Part shown: in pieces, positions 25,104 to 37,038 of the stretch
Numbering within the stretch: the first letter of the stretch is position 1
Layout: each line of letters begins with the position of its first letter
Assembly (NCBI RefSeq): GCF_000143415.4
Contig: NW_003314283.1
Coordinates: 1,664,330 to 1,728,329, forward strand
Source of the DNA: Selaginella moellendorffii
Lineage: Eukaryota > Plantae > Lycopodiophyta
DNA length: 64,000 bases
Reading direction: 5' to 3'
Position numbers and translations under genes: made by a program
Notes under the pieces: model-generated
Database searches by the model: none
Told to the model about the DNA's origin: nothing
Seen by the model: the letters and a program-made list of their open reading frames with translations, nothing else

Positions 25104-27914
25104 AGCATATTCTTTTGGGGATGGCGGGTGAACAAGATATTGATCCTGATGAGGAGTATGGCATTAGTGATGATGGCTATAACAATAAAAAAGAGACTTT
25201 TGATGATGTTGTTGTGTGGCAAGGATGCAAGATTTTTGAGGTTTAGAGAGACATAAAAGAGGTTAAGGATTTCATTAATGTCATTAAAAATTTCTTGCTT
25301 TACATAGACCTTCAAGGGCTGAATCAATCTCATGTCTGTGATTACTATTAGTATGTTAAGCATGCCAAAAATTATGGTGTGGAATGGAAATCACCAAATA
25401 TTTATGATAGTCAAAAGGTTGATTCTTGGTTGGAATTGTGGGAAAATTGTTAGTCTCACAATCCTTGTGAGGATAAGGTGAAGATAGATTTTTTTGTGAT
25501 GAAGCTTATGGGCCGTGCTTCTTTGTGGTGAAAGAATTACATTAAAGCTAATTCAAAGTTGACTTCTTGGACTAATTTGATGAAGGTTTTCCATGCTTCG
25601 TTTGTCAAGAAGTTTAAAGAGGTTAATCTTGTAAACCAGCTATTAGAGATCCGATAGTGGACTTTGTCTTTGAATATGTATGCCCATAAGTTTCGTGATC
25701 TTTGCTTTAGTCTCACGGGCACTTATAATGAGCTGCTAAAGGTGCAATGTTTCATCAAAAGATTGAGCTCCGTGGATGTGCAATAGAAGGTCAAGAAGGA
25801 TTTTCCAGCAACATTGACTGATGCTATCACTAAGGCTCAAATCTTTTCACCCAAACTGTCAGTCAACTCTAGTCAACGATATGGTCTATAGAGTAGTCAA
25901 CGTGATGACCAGCTTGCCAATGCTTCATATTCAGGGAAGAAATGGCCATTATTCCGTTATGGCTTGAAGCATAAAGATGGCAGTGAGGCTAAGAAACTTT
26001 GTTTGAACTAGCAAGAGAAGGACAAGGTGAAAAGCAATTGTTTTCATTGCCACAGGGCTAGACATTAGAACAAGGATTGTTCTGAAGCGGTCAATAAATG
26101 ATAAAGTGACTGTGGTGGAAATTATAGGCAATGATGTGAGTGATAGTGTTTTTGGGGCCGTATTGCTTCAAGTTAGGCCTTTTCTCGCATTCATGAGCCA
26201 CAAGTTTAATGCCACACAGTAGAATTAACCTACTCGCAATAAGGAGTTGTATATCGTGATTGCTACTGTGAAGGAATAACAACATTATCTATATGGATCA
26301 AACTTCCATGTAGATTCAGATCATCAAGTCTCTCCAGATGTGGATCTTCAAGGCCACCTTGCTCGTTGGCAAGAGTTCCTACAGGAAATGTCTGTTAAAA
26401 TCCAATACAAGCATGGAGGTGACAATAAGATGGCTGATGCATTATCCAGGATGGTAAAGTTTATCTCGTTCGTGAAACTATTCAGTGATTTCTTGGATGA
26501 GCTTAAGGAGTTTGTTGACTTCAACACCTTTATCATTGATATTCGCACAAAGGTTTTGTTAAGGGATGCCTTTATAGATTTGAAAGGTGACAAGTTTGTG
26601 TCATTTGAGATATGAGATGTAATCTTGGTGAAAAAGGGATGTGTAGTGATTCCTTGTGTTGACAAACTTATCAAATGGATTTTGGTTGAGTGTCATGATG
26701 TGCCAAGTGCTGGACATCCAGGGCTTGGGATGAAATTAGATGATGAGAAGTACATACGTGGTTGTTTGATCTGCCAGGCAGTCAAAGTTGATTATCAAAA
26801 GCTCGCTAGCCTTTATCATCTTTTATGTGTACCCAAGAATAAGTGAGATAGCATCTCGATGGACTTTATCATTGGTTTGCCCAAAACCTTTCAAGGAAAT
26901 GATGTTATTTGGGTTGTTGTGGATCGTTTGATGAAGATGGCTCACTTCTTCCCCATGAAGATGACGATAAAAGCTTCTGAACTTGCTCAATTGTTTGTAG
27001 ACCAGTTAATCAATCTTTATGGTTTGCTGGGTGACATTGTGAGTGATTGGGATCCCAAGTTTATGTCCAAGTTTTGGCAAATGGTCTTTGAGAAGCTAAA
27101 GACTAAGCTGAGCATGAGTAATGGTGAGCATCCACAATCTGATGGGTAGGTAGAGTGCATGAATCAACTATTAGAAGATATGCTAAGGTCTTTTATGGGA
27201 AACTTGACTCAACAGGGAGTATGAGAGAAGTACTTGAATTTGCTTTAGTTTACTCATAATAACGCTTATCAATTAGCTATTGGCATATTTCCCTTTATGG
27301 CAATGTATGGCTATGAGCCTTGGTCTCCTATGAGTTTGAATTTGGCTTTGGTTTAGGTACCTCATGATTGTGATTTTCTGGAGGATATGCAAGACAAGCT
27401 TGTGTTGGCAAAGTTGAACATGAGGCAAGCTCAAGAGTGAGACAAAAGATTGGCTAATGAGTATTATCGTCATCAAGAGTACAAAGTTGGTGACAAGGTT
27501 TTCCTTAAGTTGTCGGATGCACAACGGTTTCGGAAAGGAGGTGGCAATGTTAAGTTGTCTCCACAGTATTGTGAACTTTGGACAATTTTACAACGTGTGG
27601 GGGATCTTGTATACACTTTGGATTTACCAACTAGTTCAAAAATTCATCCAATGTTCCATATGAGCAAACTTAAAGCGTGTTTGCATTTTAATGATGTCGT
27701 GGATCAATCCATCATCCAGGTCCCAAAGATTGATGTAGAGAAGGTTGGTCCAGCCAATATTCTTGCTCAAAGATTGGTGAAAACATGCCAGAAGACAATT
27801 AAAGAGTTGTTAGTTCAATGGAATGGTTATTCTATGGATGAAGCTACATGGGAAACTGAGGATGACATGAAGAGAGTGTTTCCGAGTTTTGGTTATAACT
27901 TAGATGACATTCCT

Positions 27915-28393
27915 AAGGAAGGGGAGAATTCAGTTCTATAGCCGTATTGCTATATGATTTGAATGTAAGCAACTAAAGGGAACGACTTGAGAGACGATCC
28001 ATGGGGTTCAAATACAGAGGGAAAGTGCCCATAAATAAAAGAGTCCAAATTCAAAAGTTTACATTAAATCATTTATTCTATTCTCATTCTTTTATTTCCA
28101 TGACCATATTGTCATGTGAGAAAACTATATTGCTTTCTTTCTTTCGTGGCCATTTATCACAACAGTGTTGTTTTTTGCACATTTTTTCTCTATGGCTGTA
28201 TTTCTTTAGACTCCCTTTATGTGAGGCTCATTTAGCTTATCAAGGCTGCCGTATATGGCTGGGTCATGAGGGAGGGGAAAATGACACGAACCATAGGAAT
28301 ATTCTAAGAATATTCTATGGCTTGTGGGATTTAAAGCCGTAATGCCTTAGAGGTTGGGAGGTTGGCTTAGGGTTCGCTCTCTTGTTTGTTTCA
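27915..28393 (+). repeat. Polypurine tract and 3' LTR
   Basis: aaggaaggggagaa follows the chromodomain; the LTR ends in gtttca like the 5' copy. Confidence 0.7.
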
Positions 28394-28759
28394 ATACCAC
28401 CCATTTAGTATGACCAAAAGCCTCTCACACAGAGACTCCTTGCTCTATGCCAACAAACTTAAATCTCCCAACCATGTCATCCCTTGCATCTACTATGTTG
28501 CAAGGCCAAGCCTTGGGCTAGGCCTCTCGCTCCCTCAAACCAATGGATAATGTCCCTAATGCAAGACTCAAAATCCTATATGACTCCCAAGTCCTTCTCT
28601 GCCTTGATGTAGCACATCTGAATTTGGAGCTGAACTCTAAGCTTGTTGTGCTACAAAACGAGGGTCTGGTACAATCCCACGAGCACCAGCTCCCCATATT
28701 CAGCACCTACACGCAAAATGGTGTTAGACGGAGTCTGGAACAATTTTGGCATACCGATG

Positions 28760-30430
28760 GCTTAATGCGAGGAGGAGGATACCCCACCAACTAGAGCAAT
28801 GTGGAGCTTGAGCTTAGACTTAAGTCGGACGCAAAACAAAGAGCAACACAGCCTAGCGGGAGCTAAACTAATGTCTCAGGTGGTCGGACATGCATTCCAA
28901 CCACTATCCCTACTATACATTTGAACTTGTCAGGTTCGATTCCCATTCCTGACAAAATATTTTTTCTTTATGTGAACTTCCAGAGTTCAGAAAAACTGAT
29001 GTCCAAGTGGGTCACCACTTGGACTTCCTAGGTGGTCACTCAGCCCAATACTATTCAAGCCTAGGGATGCTTAACTTTGGAGGTCTGATGGGATCCAATG
29101 CTATAGTCACGGTTTGAACCCACTCTGAAATATTTATGTTTCAGCAAATTTATGTTTGCTTGAAATCTGCAAATATAAATTCTATAAACCTATGATCCAA
29201 ATCCAATGTTTAGGCCAATATTTACATTCCGTAAATATGCCAAATGAGCGAATCTAGACACTTTCCATAAATAGCATTTGGGACCGAAATGAGACTAACT
29301 CAAAGGGTATGATAGCGAGGGTGTTTGGGGGACACAATAAGCTATCATATAACGATATTAAGGGACTAGACTCAATATCGAGGGGGTTCCCAACACTAGC
29401 AAGTGCAAGTCAACGAATAAGTTTCTCTAACCAGGTCAAGTATGCTTGACAAATAGCATGTAGGAATTCCGTCCTTATGCTCATTTGGTCAAGTGCACAT
29501 TTATCCACACTTCCAACCACTTGGAAGAGTCTCATTCACAACCTCCATAAGTTTAATTCAGGACTTGGGGCTTGCTAGCCCTAAAAATGGTGTCCATGCC
29601 ACTTGACCTTTGCACTTGGTCCAAATGCTCCATTTATTCGATCCTATGACTAACACCCAAAGGTACCACTAATATATCAACTAATTATGCTAATGCCATA
29701 CACATTCACCTTTGCCACACTAGTGGTCCAATACCACCTACATCATAGTCCAAGACTAGGTTATCCACCCATGAGTGGTCATTCTAGATCCACTCCTTAA
29801 CATCCTTAAAATGCCTATAAATATAGAGAACAACCTTCCCCAATATCCCTTTTTCAGTCCCCATCAAGTCCTTTTCTATCCATGGCTGTGTTCGCCAACA
29901 TTGCCACTAAATCAAGGCCCGCAAGCCCAACCACTAAGTCCCATTGTCCTCTGGGACTTCCTCACCATGTAACCGTATCCTTAGTCACTACACTAGAGGA
30001 CTGTTTCTCTTCTTTTCCATAGTCTGGGACCTTGGGACAAATTTTTGAACACCATGGCCCTACGCGAGCCTCATGGGTACTCTCCCCACCTTCTACCTTT
30101 GGGTGCTTTAGCCATGGGCTTAGAGCGAGGTTCTGTTGAGCCACGCCAGGTATCCAAGTAGGTAGTGCCACCCATACTTGGATTGGGAGCATCGACCATT
30201 CAATCTCCCGGGCCAACTATAGTTGGCTTTTGAATACTTCACCAAGCTACTCCCTTTGTTAGTCTGTATTCACTTTAGCCTTAGACTTCCCAGTGGTTAT
30301 CTCACCACCTAATACCTAGGTACAGCCTTTCTGGGCCAAACTGGCCTTTCCTAGCCAAACTAGCCTTTCTTGGCCAAACTTGCCTTTCTTAGCCAAATTG
30401 GCTCCACTAGGGTCTAACCCCCACACTCTC
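28760..30430. repeat. Unclassified modular dispersed repeat; direct-orientation relative of ~50970-52890
   Basis: Collinear blocks such as aaatatgccaaatga.c.aat.tagacactt (29232 and 51280), ccctttttcagtccc (29847 and 52361) and aaattggctccactag (30394 and 52872). Confidence 0.8.
29016..29118 (-). pseudogene. Degenerate 5S rRNA-derived sequence
   Basis: ggacttcctaggtggtcactcagcccaatactatt...gcttaactttggaggtctgatgggatcc aligns with the reverse complement of plant 5S rRNA (GGATCCCATCAGAACTCCGCAGTTAAGC...GGTGACCTCCTGGGAAGTCC). Confidence 0.8.
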
Positions 30431-30519
30431 TCTACTATAATTTTGGAACCCCCTACAACCCCCCCCACCTCAGGGGACAATCACTTTAGGCTTTCACCCA
30501 ACAACCTGTATTAGTATCA

Positions 30520-31020
30520 GACTTGGTCTCGGTTTTGGTCTTGGTTTTGGTTTCAAACTTCAACTCGTTCTCGGTTCCATCTCGGACTTCATCTCAGACT
30601 CCATCTTAAACTCCATCTCGAGTCCATCTCAGACTCCATCTCGGACTCCATCTCGGGTCTATCTCGGACTCCATCTCGAACTCCATCTCGGACTCCATCT
30701 CAAGTCCACCTCAAACTCCATCTCGAACTCCATCTCGGGTCCACCTTGGACTCTATATTGGGTCCACCTCAAACTCCATCTCGAACTCCATCTCGAGTCC
30801 ATCTCAGACTCCATCTCGGACTCCATCTCGGGTCTATCTCGGACTCCATCTCGAACTCCATCTCGGGTCTATTTTGGACTCCATCTCGGACTCCATCTCA
30901 AGTCCACCTCAAACTCCATCTTGAACTCCATCTCGGGTCCACCTCAGACTCTATATTGGGTCCACCTCAAACTCCATCTCGAACTCCATCTCGAGTCCAT
31001 CTCGAACTCCATCTTGGGTC
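30520..31020. repeat. Low-complexity 12-bp-unit tandem array (CTCCATCTCGRA) with a higher-order internal duplication
   Basis: Dozens of actccatctcgg / actccatctcga units. Confidence 0.92.
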
Positions 31021-31689
31021 CTTCCATGTGTTATGTGTTGGTCCTTTTGTGTCCCTTTTTAGAGACTCACTTATTACTTGCTTCATGCTTGTTCCTCGAG
31101 CACTTCTAGCATCTCTTACGTCCCCTCTATTGGGAGAAACTTGTCTCCCTTGGTAATGTAGAAGGGTCAGCCTATACTATGTTCTAGTGATACGATGAAC
31201 TACACCTGAGTGTCAACTTTCGACCAGGCTGGTGTGGGTGTTATGAATGCTCAATTCCACTTCCCTTGTGAAGCACTCCACATCCTACTCTTCCCACTCT
31301 GATTGTTGTTGGATTGCCACAAAGTCTGCTACTTTGAGGTATCGTCTCGGCCACTTGATCCCTCCTTTAGCATGGTTCACCACGTGAAAGAGTCACAAAA
31401 TGTCCAATTAGAGGTTGCACCACTTCCACAAGCCAAACATCTTCACTAATCACAACTGTTATGAATGTGACTTTGGATATCCAAAGTTACCTGTCAGCTA
31501 GTCCTTTTGGATATTCTTTCTTTACTGCCACGACAGTAGGAGGTTGGTATTGCTGAATCTTGTATCAGTCATTGCCTAAGGTAGTTGAGAAACTAGTCTT
31601 TTCATGTGCATTGGATTAGATGAACATAAAGACGGAATTCCTAAGTGCTATTAATCAAACATACTTTACATAATTAAAGAAACTCATTC

Positions 31690-34220
31690 ATTGACTTGCA
31701 CTTGCTAATGTTGGGAACCCCTACGATATTGAGCTTGGTCTCTCAATATTCACTAAATAATAGCTTACGGTGTCTACCAAACACCCTCACTATTATGCCC
31801 TTTGTGTTAGTCTCATTTCTGTCTTATTTATGGAAAGTATCTAGATTTGCTCATTTGGCATATCTATGGAATGTGAAAATTGTCTTGAACACAATGGTGT
31901 TTATCCCATATCCAAATTCGCAATCTAAGAACATTTTATATTTAATAAGTTTCGAGCTTGTCCTAGAAACTAACTCTTGGTACTAAGGGTGGTTAAGGGT
32001 GAAAGTTCAAAGCATATGTTCTTGAAAGGGGAAGGGGGGCTATAGGGGGTTCCAAATGTAAGGTAAGGATAGTGGGTAGGTCAGACATGGCCAATTGACC
32101 TGAGGCATGGTCTAGCTCCTGCTTGTGTGTTTATCCTTGTTTCGCATTCGTCTAAGCCCAAGTTCCACACTATGCTAACTGGTGGAGTTTGTGTTAGGCC
32201 ACTGATATGCTGAAATAGCACCAAACTTCATTTGGCTCTATTTTGTGTGTTGGTCCTAGTATTGGAATGTTAAATGTTCTAGGACTATTCTAAGTCACTC
32301 CATGCTCCTGTCCTTTTGCTCCTTGGGTTGTATGCTCAAGAGTTGTTATATGCTCTTGTGCCTTCACTCCTTGGCTCTATATTTAGAAGTTTGGCTTTAT
32401 TCTTTCGTTTAGTGGCCCAAGGCCCTGAAACTTAGATTCCACACCATGGATATGTGGTATCTGGCATGTGGCATGTGGCATGTGACATGTCGCATATAGA
32501 AGGTTTAGCTAATAGTAAATCACTATAGGATAAAGGGTAAAAACCACGTGCACTATATTTGGTATCAAATGATGAGTCTTAACGAGTACTATCCAATGAG
32601 ATTGGGCAATTAATCTTGTTGCATATGTAGAGATGAAAACAATGATTTGAGTGGGTACACGTTTGGGTGCTAAGATTTTGCATTCATTTCTTGGGTATGG
32701 ATTTAGTTACCTTTTGTACCATATGATGTGAGTTTGCTTTTGGGCTTATAAGAAGGATTGAGTTGTACCATTCTGCACAGGTTTGCACTTGGGTTCGTGA
32801 GTGAAGCATATTAGCAATTCAAGGTTATAGTTTGAGTTAGCAAGATTAATGTTAGCCTATCAGTGGTTCTATAAATTGTTCTAGTGGTTACCATGAGTTG
32901 AACCATGTACCAAGGGTAAAAATAAACCTTCCTTAGGTTTGTTAAGAGTGGCAAATAAGTTTGTCCATAACTGTTTAGCATAGTACTAGTAAATCCTTCT
33001 TAGGCATGATTATAAGTAGATCACTTAAGATTATAGGGATTAATCTATTGGTTCAAGTAGTCATTATCGTGCTTTGTCATAAACTTTTCTTGGATTGGAC
33101 TGAAGGCAGTGCAAAAGCAAGCTTGAGGTTTGGTCAAAGTTAAGACCAAAAAGAAAGTCTTCAGGGACGAAGGATCAAATATATAAATCATTTTCTCTTC
33201 TTAGAGAGATAATTTATAACGAGGTGTTAACTCATTGCTCATATTCACATCATACAGTCAAGAATCCCTACCTTGATGCATATTGGAAATGATGGTTTTA
33301 CAAGTGGTGAGTTATGGGATGGATAGTGGTGAACCATTTTGTTTAGGATTGCTATTAAAATACTTAGGTTATAATGCTTAATTCTTTTCTAGGGAACTTT
33401 GCTATTGCTCCTTGATTAGCTTGGTGTTGGATTAGTTTTGAGTTTGGTCAAATAAAGAGTGGCATAAACTTGTCTGTGTTGTGAACAAAAGTTAGTAGTG
33501 TTGGGTGTTATAAACTTCTATCGGTGGGGTGTAGCATTTATGTTGCATTTTGTTGAATCGAGTTAGCACTTGATACTCACATAAACCTTTAAAGTAATAA
33601 CAACAACATTGCTCGTGGTGTTGCTCAATTGATGATCAAATCATTGTGATACTTATATTATATCCATGTGATAGTGAATAATGTATTTACGAAGTTGCTT
33701 GGTTAAACAATGATCAACCCCAAAATAGTTGATAGTGAAGCTAATCTACTTGTATGTAATAGTATTATAGTAGTTTTGACTGAATTCTTAATGATGGTTC
33801 ATTATACTAAGTTTAAGTTGGTACCTTATTTTTTTGAAAGTTTACCAATAAAGTGTTGGTTATATCACTCACTTGCTATAGCTTATTAGTGAATATATTG
33901 CACTTGGAGTAGATTGTTGGATGGAAAAAGTGTGTAATTGAGGCATTGACATCACTAACATTTGTGTTAGTGGAAGTGGCATTGTTATTTTGAGTGATAA
34001 GGAATTTTCTTTAAATTTTGATTTTTTATGTCATTTTTCTTGTTAGTGTTTTAGATTCGCATTGGATCTTGAAAGTGGTTGAAGAAGAGTGTTAGTGCAA
34101 TGTGGGTATTTAAAGATATGGTCTTCATGATCAAGTCTTGGATGTTCATTTTTGCATTTTATGGATATCAATGTTGGATGTCGAAAATATGGGCATAATG
34201 TTCAATGCTTAAGCATGCTA
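31690..34220. repeat. Left arm of a large diverged inverted repeat (right arm = ~34815-35407 joined to 49195-~51450)
   Basis: The reverse complement of 33645-34220 matches 34815-35407, and the reverse complement of 31690-33650 matches 49195-51450. Confidence 0.88.
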
Positions 34221-35407
34221 TTTGGTCATAAAAACTTATGGGACTCATATTAGTACACAACCTCCTCATAGACAAACTTATAGTATAGGTACTAATATTT
34301 TAACTTCAAACAACTAATTTGAACATCACTATCCTCAGTTAAGGCATAGGGCCACTAACATTAAGTCAAGATTAGTGAGAGTTCACTACTCTCACATATT
34401 CTAATGAAATGCAAGGTGCAACCTGCCACCCAACATAATGTTACAAAAGAAAAGCATAAGAATCACCTTTCTAGAAAGTGCGATGGCCACTTTTCTATAC
34501 AAACTTAAAACTCTATTCAACTTAATTGCCTTAACCCAAAAAGTTAGAATCCCTTTTAGACCACATTGTATAAACTACTTACTAAAGTTTAATCCAAACA
34601 AAATCAATTTTAACCGTTTCATTAGTTTGTACTGGCTTATAAAAACAAAATAATCAATATATCAACCATTGAAAAAATCTAAGAAAATTTATGGAAAATT
34701 TTCATCCTAGATAAAGAATGACTCTCAGTTTAGGATTGCAAAATTTTAAAACTCAACCAACTTCCTCTTACTAACAACTTCACATAAGTTCACTTCAATA
34801 TAAATTCTCATGACTCAACAATATGTCTAAACATTGAATATCTTACCCATTTTACCGACATCGAACATTAACTTCTGCAAAATGCAAAATGAACATATAA
34901 GGCTTGATCATGAAAACCACATCTTCAGATATCCACGTTGCACTAACACTTTTCTTCAATCACTTTCAAAATGTAATATGAAGCCAAAACATTAACAAAA
35001 AAAATGATATGAAAAACCAAGATCTAAGGAAAATTCTTCATCACTCAAAATAATAATGCTACTTCCACTAACACAAGTGCTAATGATGTTAATGCCTCAA
35101 CTACACACTTTCTCCATCCAACAATATATTCCAAATGCTAACAGATAAACCAATAAGCTATAGCAAGTGAATGCTATAACCCTTTCCAACACTTTAATAA
35201 TGGGCAAACTTTTAAGGAAATAAAGTACTAACATAAGCTTAGCATATCATAGATCATTATTAAGAACTTAGTCAAAGTTACTCCAATACTATTACTTGTA
35301 AGTAGACTAGCTTCACTATCAACTACTTTGGGGTTGATCATTATTTAACCAAGTAACTTCATAAACACATTGCTCACTATCAAATGAATATAATAAAAAA
35401 ATCACAA

Positions 35408-35431
35408 AAGCTCTATTTCGTTAAAGTGGGA
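35408..35431 (+). repeat. Left terminal inverted repeat
   Basis: 24/24 match to the reverse complement of 49171-49194. Confidence 0.95.
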
Positions 35432-37038
35432 TTTATTCAGTAAAATGGGACTAAGTACAAATTTTCAAGTATTTGAAAATGACGTGAAATTATATGTTTT
35501 TTGTCCAGGGGCTAGACATATCTGGGGCATGGTGACTAGCGCGGTGACTTTATGTCCAGACTGTGTCCATCTGGTTGTATAATAAATCTCATTGTCAAGG
35601 TGAACAAGCCGAATCTGAAGCTAAAGAAGAGCGATGGCATGCGCGCACACACTATTTGTTTGTTCATTGAGCGTGTGGTGAGCTTTCCAAGATGAACGTC
35701 ATTCCTATTAACCAGACATATAACTTAATGGTGAGAACATTTAGATATTATTCAATATTATCTTTTTCTAACGAATCTAATTGTGAAGGTGTAGCAAGAG
35801 GCATTGCTAGTCTGGAGAAGTCATTTAACTCATTTGACCCTTAGTGTATTTTCATGAAACTAAATAACATTCATATTATTAAGGAATTTCTCTAGTACCT
35901 TTTTTTTACGACATAGAGGCTTGCATTTCTTTCAAAGGTGATTTAGTAAAAGGCCTGAGGGCACATGCCATTCTATTTCTCAAACCGGTATTAAGATATA
36001 CTAGTGCAAAGGGAAAAAGGTATTTGGTGATCAAGTAAATGGCATGAGGGCACACGCCATTATAAGCCTAAGCGCTAGTGGACACCTCCTTTTTGGTACT
36101 CTCAGCGGTACTATCATCCTTCTCCGGGTCAGTTGTTTTGCTTTGGATTGTTGTCTCTGACGTTACTGGGGCATTCTCGATAGTTGTTAATGTTGCTGTT
36201 TGTTCAGAAAAATGATCACCTGGAGTATAGTACGGGGAGTTTGGAAGACTTATATATTCTACATCTTCACCTATCTCCTTCTCCGTCTCCTTTTCTGCCT
36301 CACTTACAGATTTTGTGCTTGCCATAAGAACGCTCTTCACCCTAAAATATGGAGTTCGTTGTGTTATAAAAAGAAACTAACACACATGCTGCAAGGGAAT
36401 GATGGTACATAAAGCACGTAAGCCCATAATATGGGTTTATGTGCCATTAATATGGGCCACACGCCATATTATTAGATTTATGCACGTGTGATTGGTAAAT
36501 GCATATGTCACATCATCTTTGTTTTACTTCACACACTATATCAGGCCTAATGAACCATATCACATGTGCGCACATGCTATATATATGGAGAAGTATTATG
36601 CAAGGATAGAAAAATTCAATGCATGATTGTGGAGAGCAATGGCATGAAGCCACATGCTAAATAACATTTTAGAGAAAGAATTAAAATAAAAACATGCAAA
36701 CAGTACTGAGTGGACCAAGACTTAGAAGTGCACAATTGAATGAGGTATTTCTAATAAATATTTCACTCACCTCATATAGGAATGGCTACCACTCTCAAAT
36801 GGCGTATCACCTCATGCCATCACCTCGCAATTTGTTATAACAATCCGATGAATTCATATTCGGCTTGTTCACCTTAAACTTTAAGTAAGATTTGCTAGAA
36901 CAACTAAGAATTTATACTTGTTATTTGTATCATCTCACCTAGGAATGGCATAAGGCCACATGCCATCACGCCTCCTCTGATTCAGATTCGGATTGTTCAC
37001 CTTGAAATAAAATACATTAGAAACTTAGTAAAGGAATA

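Larger units (their letters stand above)
25005..28393 (+). mobile_element. Decayed, internally deleted Ty3/gypsy chromovirus (gag, RNase H remnant, integrase, chromodomain; protease/RT missing)
   Basis: Integrase motifs ECHDVPSAGHPG, CLICQAVK, MDFIIGLPKT..WVVVDRLMKMAHF and HPQSDG. Chromodomain ELLVQWNGYSMDEATWETE. Gag CCHC-like remnant at ~26040. Confidence 0.92.

Noticed and set aside
29016-29118. Functional 5S rRNA gene
   Set aside because: Too many substitutions, decayed ends, and not in an array.
30746-31156. ORFs with SRTP/LHL repeats (also 52934-53285)
   Set aside because: They are translations of low-complexity tandem DNA and are open in several frames.
32455-32495. tggcatg tandem resembling the palindrome half-site (also ~50665-50705)
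   Set aside because: A direct 7-mer tandem in the host repeat, without the inverted half-site and 6-bp spacer.
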